Positions 57,309-63,256 of a DNA stretch of 64,000 bases are shown here, in pieces. Under the pieces are notes generated by a model. It saw only the letters and a list, made by a program, of their open reading frames with translations. It was not told where the DNA came from and searched no databases. A program made the position numbers and the translations under genes. The first letter of the stretch is position 1. Every line of letters starts with the position of its first letter. This stretch comes from Octopus bimaculoides (Eukaryota): the NCBI RefSeq assembly GCF_001194135.2, contig NC_068981.1:65649524-65713523 (forward strand). Reading direction: 5' to 3'.

Positions 57309-60300
57309 CCCATCATTATTGTTTTGACATGGATTGACAGAATTCACAATGTCTTCTCAAGTAAGATATTCATCATCATCATCCGCATCATCATTTAACA
57401 TCTGTTTTCCATGCCGGCATGGGTTAGAGTATAGCAATGTAGTAAATCACCAGCTTTAAACAAATAAATAAACTGAAAGAGCAGACTTTAACTAAAATTT
57501 CCTCAGGTCATTTCATAAACAAAATCTAAGGCTACAAAACAGTTTGTAGTGACGCATGGTTCTAGACGCCATGTTGGAACATTCATCTACACATGCGCAA
57601 GGATTAGAGCTTTCCAAAGACCTGACGGAAGCCCCTTATGCTCATGCGCAATCAAGTTCTTAGATCATATGACAAGGTCTCGTAGATGTAATATACAGTG
57701 AGATAAAAATAAACTTTGATTAACTGAGATTATCTGCAAAATTATGAGATAAACCTTCCTCCTAGGCGTTTTTAAAATCTAAAAATAACCCCAATAATAT
57801 CAGCTATTTGAAATTTTTGGAAAATTATGACGACACAGATAAAAATCAATAAAAGTCATTTAAACAATGAACATATTTTAGTGTCCACAGTGGAGAACAT
57901 TTAGCTCAGTTGGTAACATGGAGAAGTAATTAGTAAATACAAAAAGAGAGAAAATAATGACATTGAAGCAAAACAACAAAGGAGCTGAAGGAAGATAACT
58001 TCAGTGGAATGTTCTATAAAGCATCGCTGGCAGGCACGGACATGGCTGTGTGGTTAAGAAGTTTGCTTTACAACTGTGTGGCTTTAGGTTCAGTGCTGCA
58101 ATGTGGGCAAGTGTTTTCTACTATAGCCCTAGGACAAACAAAGTAGTGAGTATTAATGACTTGTAGGGATATGGATGGCATATCCAAAAAGATAAATACT
58201 AAAGTTGATTTGTTCAACTAAACACGTCCAGGCAGTGCCCCAGCATGACCGTTGTCCAATGAATGAAACAAGTAAAAGATAAAAACTATATAAATGTACA
58301 GTATGGTATAAAGATCTTAAGCAATGCAGACATAGACATAAATGACTTATTCTTATTGCTGAATTTAACTGTTATGTTACTCCCTATAGCATAATGGTTA
58401 GTCCATCAAGATATTCTAAAAGTATGGGTTCCTTTATACCAGTTACCTCTTTTTGAGTCTCTTTCATATATTCCCTTAGTATTTACATCCACACTTAGTT
58501 TAAAATATATATATTAAGTTGACAATAAATAACAGATACCTGAAAAGTGCTTTTAAGTTCTCTGGAAGTTCTGTTCGCCCAGCATAGCCAGGATTCATGG
58601 TAATAAAAATTCCAACTGTAGGAACAATTTTGATGTGTTCCCCCATGAAATTAAATTCCTTCTTTTTGTCTTTGATGGCATCTTGAATGCTTTTTACTTG
58701 GACAGCCACTACAGACAAAACCTCCACAGAGATACGATTGAATTCATCAAAACATCCCCAGGCCCCAGATTGGGCAAGACCTTTGTAGATATTACCAACG
58801 GACTGGAAATTAAGAAAGATAGAGATTTGATTAGACAAGAGAAACTAGATGCTAAACTTGATTGTGTTAAGATGTGATTCTATGATTCTAATCTTGAATG
58901 GCAACATGTGATTCAGATCATTATCATCATCATCATTTACCATCTGTTTTCCATGCTGACATGGGTTCGATGGTTTGACAGGATCTGGTGAGTCACAGAT
59001 CTGCATCATGCTTCATGTCAGCTTTGGCATGGCTTCTATGGCTGGATGCCCTTCCCAATGCAAACCATTTTACGGTAGGTAATGGATGTTTTTTGTGTGC
59101 CACCAGCACTGGTGGGATTTCCAAATAACTTGCAAGAGAAGAAAGGTAAAAAAGGTGGGGAAGCAAAAGGCCCTCTCAATTAAGTGATGGTGGAGGGATA
59201 TTTGAGCAGGTAGAGGTAATTTTTACCTTTTTATTCTTCTTACCCTTCCAATATATACGTGAGTGTATGTATGTGTGTGTGAGTGTATACCATTAGTACA
59301 GCAATATTTATTATATATTATAATAGCTGGCCCTGAGCCATTAAAAATGATGACTAATTGTAGTATTTTATGTATAAATAAGGTACAAAATAAGGCGCAT
59401 AATAATCACAGATACAAACATTTACATACTTCCCTTGTACACGCACACACATACACACATATACTCACACAGAGTCAAAACACTGTTTAATTTTTCTTTT
59501 CAGCGTTGAATGTTCACCGTCCCACTTCCATTGCACACACACACACACACACACAAACATTCCCATGACTCCCTTTTACATACAAACACATATACTCACG
59601 CACAGTTGAAATGCTGTTTGATTTTTTTTTCACTGTAGAACTTCCATCATCCCACTACCAAGTTTGTCATTGCCCCTTCCTTCCTTATTCATCTATCACC
59701 CCTTCTTTTCTCATTCATATGTTGTGACAGAGAAAAACACAAAAGTATTATTATAGTAGATATTTAACAGTGTCATAGTTTTATGGAACACATGGTGTAT
59801 ACACTTTCATTACAAAGAATACAAACCAATGTCAATATTTGAACTGCATAAGAAGGTGGTGAGCTGGCAGAAACATTAACACACCGGGCAAAATGCTTAG
59901 CAGTATTTCGTCTGTCTTTATGTTCTGAGTTCAAATTCTGTCGATTTTGCCTTTCATCCTTTTAGGGTCGATAAATTAAGTATCAGTTGCATACTGGGGT
60001 TAATCTAATTGACTGCCTCCCTCCCACAAAAATTTCGGGCCTTGTGCCTTGAGTAGAAAAGAATATTTGAACTGCATAAGGCAGTGAGTGGACAGAACTG
60101 TTAGGACACTGGACAAAATGCTGAGCGGAATTTTCTTTGTCTTTATGTTCTGACTTCAAATTCCACCGAGGGTGACTTTGCGTTTCATCCTTTCGGAGTC
60201 AGTAAAATAAGTACCAGTTGAACACTGGGATTGATGTAATTGATTTATCTTCTTCCACAAAATTGGTGGCTTTGTGCTAAAATTTGAAATCAATATTTAA

Positions 60301-62740
60301 ACTGTATAGCCTGGACAACAATTTGCTTACCTTATAGTCCATCTGCTCTGAACAGTTGAAAACGTAGACCATAACACCAAGAGCCCTTCCTAAATCTTTG
60401 GTGGTTTCTGTTTTACCGGTACCTGCAGGCCCAGCTGGAGCTCCACTCATAATGAGATGAAGAGATTGAGTGAGTGTAATATAACACCTAAAACAAAACA
60501 AAAGCAAACAAAAATTAACAAACTGCTTTGATAACTTCACATACAAGATGGTACCCAAAAGTTCTCTGGGACAAGCCCGTAGTAGTTCAGGCTTCCGCTA
60601 CTAGAAGTCACTTGAGGCAACTGTCAGGCATCAGTCTGCCGACAAGTGGCAAGTGGAGTCATACTGTCACGTTGTGCATCTTTGTTTTGCAGTGCTTCTC
60701 CCTTGTTTGTCGATTTTTGTAATGGCTGAAACAAAGGAACAGCATGCTTCCATGAAATTCTGTTTCCTGCTGGGGAAAATGGCAGCCAAAACAGTTCTCA
60801 TGCTTCAAACAGTTTACAAGGCCATTGCCATGAGCAAAACACAAATTTCAAGTGGTTTTCACACTTTAGGAATGGTCACTCTTGAAGACCAACCTCTTCC
60901 AGGGCAACTATCAACCTTCCAAACGAATGAAAATATCATGAAAATTCATGAACTAATATTGGAGGACTGTCACCAAACAATTGACAAACTTGTTGATATG
61001 ACTGATGTGTTCTGGAGCTCCTCCCACTGAATTCTGAGTGAGGAATTGCGAATGAAAAGAGTTGCAGCAAAATTTGTGCCTCACTTGCTCACAGAAGATC
61101 AAAAGCAGTCATGACTGAATGCATGTCTTGAACTGAAAGAACAGTTGGAAGTTGATCCGGAACTTTGTTCAAAGGTCATCACTGATAATGAAAGCTTGTG
61201 CTATGGCTATGACCAGGAAACAAAGCAGCAATCAAGTCAATGGAAGCATTCAATGTCACTACACTCCCACAAAGTGCATCAAGCGAAGTCCAATGTCAAG
61301 ACGATGCTGATTTGTTTCATCGATGCAAAAGGAATTGTCCACACAGTATTTGTTTTTCCTGATCAAACTGTTAACCAAACATTTTACGTGGCAGTTCTGA
61401 AGCGTTTGCGAGATGTGGTGAGATGAAAATGCCCTGATCTGTGGCAAAGTGGAGAGTGGTGGTTTCATCTTGACAATTCTTCTTCATACACTGCTTTGAA
61501 TGTGAGACTGTTTTTGACCAAAAATGGCATGACTCCCATTTACCCACCCTCCCTATCCACCCAATCTTGCTCCCTGCAACTTTTTTTTTGTTCCCCCCAA
61601 TTAAAAAGTCCTTAAAGGAAAACGTTTTGTAGATGTGGAAGAGGTGAAGAAAAAAGCAACAGAGGTATTAAAAGGCATCATTTGGCAAGAATTCAAGGAC
61701 TGCTTTGAACAGGGAAAAATGCATCTGGACTGATGCATAATTTCAAATGGAGAATACTTTGAAGGTTTTAAAAGGGTAAGCATGTAAAATTAAGTGCATA
61801 AAATGATATTGCAAAATTCTGGTTTCTTTTGGGTACCTACTAGTAGGACTCACAAAAAGTGTATGTGGAGGAACATTTCAGCACCCCCTTGTATGTCACG
61901 CCAGCACATCATGTCACACCAATGCACTATGGTATATCACTCCACAGTATTACATCAGATCACACCAGTGCACTACAATGCAGCAATTGGGAACCACATG
62001 TTTAAACTATTAAATGTGAGTGGTTAGAGGGGAAAATTTAAGCACAAAGGAAGTTCCAGAGAGAAGCTGTTCTGGAGAGAATGGATCATAGTTTATGATT
62101 AGTTCAGGTTGTAGAGGCCCAGATACAGAGGAGGTGAAAGGAGAAGGATAAACAATAGATGAAATAAGTGGGTATATGTACAGATGACGTACAATGAGCA
62201 TTGTTGTCATAAAAGTGGAAGATAGAGAAAGAGGACACATCTTGCCAATGGGCAAGTGACAGAGATATGATGTTGAGTGATAGTTTTCTTATCAATGGGG
62301 ATGCATCATAAGATAAACATAATGTATTACATTTGTTTTGTGAGCCAATAGGGGACACATTACCAAATATGGTATGCAAGTAAACAACAAACCAAATAAA
62401 TAACTAAAAGCAAAAAAAAAAAATATTGTAGCATGTTAATATACCTGTCTGTAAGAGGAGTTATTACCAGTCGTGGAGCATTACCCAGATACTCATGGCT
62501 GTAGCGGAATTGGGCATCACAGATGTTAGCAAAGCAATCCTTGAGACCTTGCTCATCCCATCGATGTCTGAGCTGAGACAACCAAGAAAATGCTTGAGCA
62601 TTATCTACTTTATTTGCAATCATTTTTGTTACAACATCTCGAGCATGTACATCAATGGTACATATGGTCATTATTTTCTGGCGGTCACCTTTGTTCAGCT
62701 CACCCACAAGCATTGTAATTAAGGCATTCAGCTGCTGGAT
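1841..62740 (-). CDS. DNAH9: Axonemal dynein heavy chain, outer-arm beta type (DNAH9/DNAH11/DNAH17 co-ortholog); 3' portion, 33 exons, ~2735 codons, 5' end outside window
   Basis: The spliced translation contains P-loops GPAGTGKT (AAA1), GNAGTGKS (AAA2), GTAGSGKT (AAA3) and GVGGSGKQ (AAA4), Walker B CFDEFNR, the stalk coiled coils with MTBD, AAA5/6, and the C-terminus [12 protein letters not shown]. All visible junctions are GT-AG with matching phases. The vertebrate paralog name cannot be resolved without a phylogeny. Confidence 0.95.
2618..2806 (-). CDS. DNAH9: Dynein HC exon E32
   Basis: [16 protein letters not shown]...QECERMN...LDLGLK; 63 codons. Confidence 0.95.
3027..3350 (-). mobile_element. 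Degenerate family A (RTE-tail) copy
   Basis: catccgctttccat-gctagcatgggttg and gatacccttccta segments are reverse complements of family A. Confidence 0.6.
3699..3746 (-). ncRNA. Type I hammerhead ribozyme motif, G12A (predicted inactive as encoded)
   Basis: Minus strand reads TATTTCTGG-CTGACGA-GAC(ACAA)GTC-AAA-ACA(CCAC)TGT-C-CCAGAATA. It has stem I TTCTGG/CCAGAA, the CUGAnGA core, a 3-bp stem II, a 3-bp stem III and a GUC cleavage triplet. The only core deviation is G12>A at 3720. Confidence 0.75.
4652..4894 (-). CDS. DNAH9: Dynein HC exon E31
   Basis: [11 protein letters not shown]...[14 protein letters not shown]...SREEK; 81 codons. Confidence 0.95.
5088..5390 (+). mobile_element. Family A RTE 3' end with long (GAT)n tail
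   Basis: Starts at gatcgagacctttgg (end of the RTE ORF, DRDLW), then the 3' UTR and about 18 GAT repeats. Confidence 0.8.
5402..5700 (+). mobile_element. tRNA-head + CORE-like SINE
   Basis: A box tggcctagtgg, B box ggtttcaattcc, CORE-like ttcttgagcaaaacactt. Confidence 0.65.
6068..6290 (+). mobile_element. SINE family B
   Basis: ggcagcaaactggcagaaccattagcatgccagg...gaaaccaat full-length pattern. Confidence 0.75.
6886..7197 (-). CDS. DNAH9: Dynein HC exon E30
   Basis: DTLEKCARE...[10 protein letters not shown]...[17 protein letters not shown]...HPDM; 104 codons. Confidence 0.96.
7320..7555 (-). mobile_element. RTE-clade LINE 3' end, degenerate (second RTE family)
   Basis: Minus-strand translation [20 protein letters not shown]...VASDRILWR resembles the RTE C-terminal RPRGRPR.RW...DR..WR motif. 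Confidence 0.6.
7737..8470 (+). mobile_element. Hero-like (R2/RLE group) non-LTR retrotransposon remnant
   Basis: KVDKS*WLGRFKD*IYQHS...[15 protein letters not shown], frameshift, [34 protein letters not shown]...IGRAG; recognised from memory of Hero ORFs, no search run. Confidence 0.7.
8711..8915 (+). mobile_element. SINE family B
   Basis: ggaggtaagctggcagaa...aaaattgctggccttg. Confidence 0.7.
8960..9300 (+). mobile_element. tRNA-head + CORE-like SINE
   Basis: A box taactcagtgg, B box gagttcaattc, CORE-like cttgagcaatacacttt...agctgtagaaatgag. Confidence 0.65.
9441..9668 (-). CDS. DNAH9: Dynein HC exon E29
   Basis: NVHLVAKWL...[23 protein letters not shown]; 76 codons. Confidence 0.95.
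10646..10880. mobile_element. Pogo/Tigger-like MITE
   Basis: TIRs cagtaatcccctgactatcgc / cgatatagcgagggattactg followed by TA; two internal 30-bp tandem units. Confidence 0.65.
10960..11236 (-). CDS. DNAH9: Dynein HC exon E28 (AAA6)
   Basis: (R)NFIEEKMG...[14 protein letters not shown]...SLGQGQE...HWVILQ. Confidence 0.96.
11463..11855 (-). mobile_element. Young tRNA-derived SINE (family D) with (AAC)n tail and 12-bp TSD
   Basis: Head ggaggcgcaatggcccagtggttaggg...ggtttcgatttcc; TSD cactaagcctat at 11451-62 and 11856-67; many CpGs retained. Confidence 0.85.
12990..13300 (+). mobile_element. tRNA-head + CORE-like SINE sharing the family D 3' domain
   Basis: gtgtccttgagcaagacactt CORE-like block; 3' domain gtctgtggagtgctcagccacttgc...gatcaactggaacc nearly identical to the 11463-11855 element. 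Confidence 0.8.
13350..13543 (-). CDS. DNAH9: Dynein HC exon E27
   Basis: [22 protein letters not shown]...[10 protein letters not shown](R); phase 2 end. Confidence 0.95.
13740..14376. mobile_element. Unclassified TIR DNA element spanning an N gap
   Basis: Perfect 31-bp inverted repeat tattcattagaaatgcagagacgcctataat at 13740-70 and 14346-76. Confidence 0.7.
14955..15077 (-). CDS. DNAH9: Dynein HC exon E26 (absent from ORF track)
   Basis: [41 protein letters not shown]; 41 codons. Confidence 0.94.
15250..15460 (+). mobile_element. SINE family B, degenerate
   Basis: gttagcatgtcagacaaaatgcttag...gactttgcctttcatcc...aaaatttgaga. Confidence 0.65.
16611..16905 (+). mobile_element. Family A RTE 3' UTR copy with two 66-bp units
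   Basis: gttgccag..actggc / gtgc.ggtggcac units, then ggttggcattaggaagggcatc...(GAT)n. Confidence 0.85.
16975..17195 (+). mobile_element. SINE family B
   Basis: ggcagtgagctggcagagtcattagc...tctgagttcaaattc...aaaatttgagaccaatatt. Confidence 0.8.
17552..17722 (-). CDS. DNAH9: Dynein HC exon E25
   Basis: [10 protein letters not shown]...[18 protein letters not shown]; 57 codons. Confidence 0.95.
19082..19342 (-). CDS. DNAH9: Dynein HC exon E24
   Basis: [11 protein letters not shown]...[13 protein letters not shown]...MYQFSLK; 87 codons. Confidence 0.95.
20027..20281 (-). CDS. DNAH9: Dynein HC exon E23
   Basis: [13 protein letters not shown]...[15 protein letters not shown]...FKITLK; 85 codons. 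Confidence 0.95.
20502..20642 (-). CDS. DNAH9: Dynein HC exon E22 (absent from ORF track)
   Basis: [47 protein letters not shown]; 47 codons. Confidence 0.95.
21209..22012 (-). CDS. DNAH9: Dynein HC exon E21 (MTBD, CC2, start of AAA5; largest exon)
   Basis: [12 protein letters not shown]...[17 protein letters not shown]...STLK; 268 codons. Confidence 0.96.
22128..22430 (-). mobile_element. Family A-related copy, degenerate
   Basis: (CAT)n then ctttccatgctagcatgggttgga...gctggatgcctttcctg. Confidence 0.6.
22797..22943 (-). CDS. DNAH9: Dynein HC exon E20 (microtubule-binding domain)
   Basis: [13 protein letters not shown]...[16 protein letters not shown]; 49 codons. Confidence 0.95.
23297..23504. 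mobile_element. Second copy of the pogo/Tigger-like MITE, degenerate
   Basis: TA-cagtaatcccttgactatcacgggtgttatgttc at left; ccacaatatggcaaaggattattg at right. Confidence 0.55.
24113..24373 (-). CDS. DNAH9: Dynein HC exon E19 (stalk CC1)
   Basis: [12 protein letters not shown]...[17 protein letters not shown]; 87 codons. Confidence 0.95.
24430..24590. repeat. Compound (TG)n/(CA)n/(TA)n microsatellite, representative of many
   Basis: Directly visible. Others: (GAT)n 5339-90, (TG)n 6606-45, GGAT/AGAC 9948-10020, (ATT)n 29009-72, (GA)n 42643-724, (CAC)n 53975-54035. Confidence 0.95.
24591..24683 (+). mobile_element. Family A tail (5'-truncated)
   Basis: ccggttcaccagtcctcagtcaaatcgtccaaccc...(GAT)n. 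Confidence 0.8.
24684..25282 (+). mobile_element. 5'-truncated RTE-clade LINE: ORF C-terminus plus 3' UTR (source of family A)
   Basis: Open frame MLRWMCNV...[12 protein letters not shown]...[10 protein letters not shown]...DRDLWK over ~105 codons up to the gap at 25001-49, then the family A 3' UTR and (GAT)n. Confidence 0.9.
26082..26315 (-). CDS. DNAH9: Dynein HC exon E18
   Basis: [10 protein letters not shown]...[15 protein letters not shown]...[14 protein letters not shown]; 78 codons. Confidence 0.95.
27130..27520 (-). mobile_element. SINE family C
   Basis: Same layout as 216-607. Confidence 0.8.
28285..28545 (-). mobile_element. Family A copy
   Basis: ccttccatgctggcatgggttgga...gctggatgcccttcctaacaccaacc; second partial block at 28480-28545. 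Confidence 0.7.
28832..28993 (-). CDS. DNAH9: Dynein HC exon E17
   Basis: VVLCFSPVG...[12 protein letters not shown]...VELLA; 54 codons. Confidence 0.95.
29230..29520 (+). mobile_element. CR1/L2-group LINE ORF2 C-terminal remnant
   Basis: WNGA...LDHIKKR...[17 protein letters not shown]...SLEL resembles the LAHRR.VSSL.LFY.YY motif. Confidence 0.5.
29872..30137 (-). CDS. DNAH9: Dynein HC exon E16
   Basis: (M)[12 protein letters not shown]...[12 protein letters not shown]...VRRSLK. Confidence 0.94.
31142..31499 (-). CDS. DNAH9: Dynein HC exon E15 (AAA4 P-loop)
   Basis: DIDESALT...[16 protein letters not shown]...GYGIPDLK + A|GTATGA (phase 1, A+TG = Met). Confidence 0.94.
32100..32470 (+). mobile_element. 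SINE family C
   Basis: gctgtgtagtaagaagtttgc...ccaaagctttgtgagtgaatttggtagatggaaac...gaaacaagtaaaagataa. Confidence 0.8.
32590..32751 (-). CDS. DNAH9: Dynein HC exon E14
   Basis: [10 protein letters not shown]...[15 protein letters not shown]...KKSFE; 54 codons. Confidence 0.94.
33135..33310 (+). mobile_element. SINE family C, 5' half
   Basis: ggctgtgtgataagaagcttgcttccc...gaaactgaaagcctgtcg(TG)n; the 3' half is at 34733-34945. Confidence 0.75.
33785..34730 (+). pseudogene. CR1/Jockey-group LINE reverse transcriptase fragment, disrupted
   Basis: [41 protein letters not shown] and FVDDSKL across three frames, with a stop and frameshifts. Confidence 0.9.
34733..34945 (+). mobile_element. SINE family C, 3' half
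   Basis: gtgtctatgtttgtccccc...taacttagcagtttggcaaaag...gcagtcaaatgactgaaac. Confidence 0.8.
35139..35378 (-). CDS. DNAH9: Dynein HC exon E13 (absent from ORF track)
   Basis: [12 protein letters not shown]...[22 protein letters not shown]; 80 codons. Confidence 0.95.
36690..36870 (+). repeat. Old unclassified (AAC)n-tailed interspersed repeat (family E)
   Basis: gaaacagcaacccaaat...aaaaaatgaaggaca...gtcatggctgg...gatcagag...aaacaacaac; related pieces near 4305-4440, 15470-15570 (-), 18560-19020, 45680-45860, 46140-46248 and 63640-63920. Confidence 0.5.
37119..37286 (-). CDS. DNAH9: Dynein HC exon E12
   Basis: [12 protein letters not shown]...[16 protein letters not shown]; 56 codons. Confidence 0.95.
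37439..38154. repeat. Three copies of a ~200-bp unit (two direct, one inverted) forming a fold-back
   Basis: Copies at 37439-37663 (+), 37788-37950 (+) and 37951-38154 (-). Confidence 0.85.
38210..38413. mobile_element. Mariner-derived MITE (internal deletion)
   Basis: TIRs gggtgctgaaaagtttctggcttt / aaagccaggaacttttcagcaccc; interior retains gtgtgtgaatctgagaggaatatgttgaataa, resembling the transposase end CV.L.GEYVE*. Confidence 0.75.
38765..39060 (-). mobile_element. Family A copy, degenerate
   Basis: (CAT)-rich tail, ttgcccttcccaatgccaaac, tgggtgctttttatgtggcacc. Confidence 0.65.
39182..39487 (-). CDS. DNAH9: Dynein HC exon E11 (AAA3 P-loop)
   Basis: [11 protein letters not shown]...GTAGSGKT...FVDDMNMPE; 102 codons. 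Confidence 0.96.
40580..40900 (+). mobile_element. Penelope-like element GIY-YIG endonuclease remnant
   Basis: [29 protein letters not shown] and [15 protein letters not shown] match the PLE C-terminal motif order; frameshifted. Confidence 0.5.
42045..42255 (-). mobile_element. SINE family B (a further partial copy at 41855-41965)
   Basis: Reverse complement ending aattctgccagctcacc. Confidence 0.65.
42725..43469. other. Assembly gap (largest). Other gaps: 13908-14194, 25001-25049, 30290-30742, 33420-33739, 50093-50102, 63027-63088
   Basis: Runs of N, mostly abutting (GA)n or (TA)n microsatellites. Confidence 1.
43470..43638 (-). CDS. DNAH9: Dynein HC exon E10, 3' end truncated by assembly gap
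   Basis: [12 protein letters not shown]...FELDPEIP then runs into Ns at 43469; donor not visible. Confidence 0.9.
44234..44516 (-). CDS. DNAH9: Dynein HC exon E9
   Basis: (P)[10 protein letters not shown]...[11 protein letters not shown]. Confidence 0.95.
44760..45240 (-). mobile_element. Old RTE LINE C-terminal remnant
   Basis: [39 protein letters not shown]...G.R.KG. Confidence 0.6.
46253..46529 (-). CDS. DNAH9: Dynein HC exon E8
   Basis: (G)LFSVIMRD...[24 protein letters not shown]...DLGWN(P); phase 2 end. Confidence 0.96.
47450..47750 (+). mobile_element. CR1-group LINE RT thumb-region fragment
   Basis: LPYALP.G...[18 protein letters not shown]...[10 protein letters not shown]...[10 protein letters not shown]. 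Confidence 0.8.
48238..48710 (-). mobile_element. SINE family B interrupted by a younger family B variant (48443-48675)
   Basis: 18-bp TSD cattgttctaatgattct at 48425-42 and 48676-93; the host resumes with gtcagcttgccacc. Confidence 0.85.
48742..48952 (-). CDS. DNAH9: Dynein HC exon E7 (AAA2 P-loop)
   Basis: [25 protein letters not shown]...REWKD(G); phase 1 end. Confidence 0.96.
49065..49720 (-). mobile_element. SINE family C interrupted by the same young family B variant (49371-49601)
   Basis: 13-bp TSD tctttc(g/a)gtttct at 49358-70 and 49602-14. Confidence 0.8.
50455..50927 (+). mobile_element. Family A RTE 3' UTR copy with five ~66-bp tandem units
   Basis: gtgc.ggtggcac hairpin cores at 50466, 50531, 50597, 50663 and 50729, then the standard tail and (GAT)n. 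Confidence 0.85.
51100..52330 (+). mobile_element. Fragmented Penelope-like element remnant
   Basis: [27 protein letters not shown] at 51169-51250; SLLEEKIY and DEL.ISK..H near 52120-52200; decayed CTGATGA...GAAA at 52257-81. Confidence 0.55.
53635..53829 (-). CDS. DNAH9: Dynein HC exon E6
   Basis: [15 protein letters not shown]...PEDSFILK; 65 codons. Confidence 0.95.
55694..55786 (-). CDS. DNAH9: Dynein HC exon E5 (absent from ORF track)
   Basis: [31 protein letters not shown]; AG/GTAAGT flanks. Confidence 0.95.
56170..56870 (+). mobile_element. Ty3/Gypsy pol (RT) remnant
   Basis: [41 protein letters not shown] (56499-56585), VTIDG in place of YxDD, LRINPDK, ITHILT..G.K.NP. Confidence 0.8.
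57073..57211 (-). CDS. DNAH9: Dynein HC exon E4 (absent from ORF track)
   Basis: Hand translation (R)[46 protein letters not shown]; AG/GT flanks. Confidence 0.95.
57545..57690. promoter_or_regulatory. Candidate intronic promoter/enhancer (CpG and motif cluster)
   Basis: CGCCATGTT (YY1-like, 57567), CATGCGCA twice (NRF1-like, 57592 and 57643), TGACGGAAG (ETS-like, 57623), TGACGC (57550); six CpGs in ~135 bp of otherwise CpG-poor unique sequence. Confidence 0.35.
58035..58285 (+). mobile_element. SINE family C with internal deletion
   Basis: catggctgtgtggttaagaag...gggcaagtgttttctactatagc...gaatgaaacaagtaaaagataa. Confidence 0.7.
58540..58802 (-). CDS. DNAH9: Dynein HC exon E3 (AAA1 Walker B)
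   Basis: SVGNIYKG...CFDEFNR...[18 protein letters not shown](R); phase 2 end. Confidence 0.96.
58915..59135 (-). mobile_element. Family A copy
   Basis: (CAT)n, tttccatgctgacatgggt, gctggatgcccttcccaatgc. Confidence 0.7.
59853..60061 (+). mobile_element. SINE family B with 19-bp TSD
   Basis: aatatttgaactgcataag at 59834-52 and 60062-80. Confidence 0.85.
60081..60295 (+). mobile_element. SINE family B (older, tandem with the previous copy)
   Basis: gcagtgagtggacagaactgttagg...aaaatttgaaatcaatattt. Confidence 0.8.
60331..60487 (-). CDS. DNAH9: Dynein HC exon E2 (AAA1 P-loop)
   Basis: (R)CYITLTQ...[15 protein letters not shown]...EQMDYK; AG/GT flanks. Confidence 0.96.
60542..61845 (+). mobile_element. 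Full-length (~1.3 kb) inactive mariner (DD34D-type) transposon
   Basis: TA-flanked imperfect TIRs sharing GGTACCCAAAAG. Transposase from ATG 60722: [19 protein letters not shown]...KFVPHLL...ITDNES...LDNS...[11 protein letters not shown]...NGEYFEG, with several stops and frameshifts. Confidence 0.92.
62010..62300 (-). mobile_element. CR1/L2-group LINE 3' remnant
   Basis: [14 protein letters not shown]... and [17 protein letters not shown] resemble LAHRR.V.SL.LF and SFFPRT..LWN.LP; similar type to 29230-29520. Confidence 0.55.
62445..62740 (-). CDS. DNAH9: Dynein HC exon E1 (first in window)
   Basis: [14 protein letters not shown]...RLVITPLTD(R); AG 62742-41, GT 62444-43; ends phase 2. Confidence 0.95.
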
Positions 62741-63088
62741 CTGTGTAAAGGAAAAAACATTTTAATTATAAACACACACACATTGTGAACATAAGTTGAG
62801 AAGTTGATTATATATAAATATATATGTATATTGTTTATACATAAATATATATGAAGAGCTTACTTTCAAAATCAGATATGTGCATTGGAATGACTTTGGA
62901 GTAATTGTTTAAAACAACAACTTGAATATATCTGATTTTGACTGGAAGACTAAGAATTTAATAAGATTGTTTTGATTTATACAATATTAATATTCTTGTT
63001 ACCTGTTTTAGACATGTCTAAATTCTNNNNNNNNNNNNNNNNNNNNNNNNNNNNNNNNNNNNNNNNNNNNNNNNNNNNNNNNNNNNNN

Positions 63089-63256
63089 CTCTCAGGGTGG
63101 TTGGTGTTAGGAAGGGCATCCAGGTGTAGAAACATTGCCAGATCAGACTGGAGACTGGTGCAGCTGCTGGCTCTCCAAACTTCAGTCAAACCATTCAACC
63201 CATGCCAGCATGCAAAATGGATGTTAAACAATGATGATGATGATGATGATGATGAT
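63089..63256 (+). mobile_element. Family A tail after gap
   Basis: ggttggtgttaggaagggcatcc...aacccatgccagcatg...(GAT)n. Confidence 0.8.

Noticed and set aside
2459-62444. Non-canonical or U12 introns, mutually exclusive duplicated exons
   Set aside because: All visible junctions are GT-AG and I saw no duplicated exon copies.
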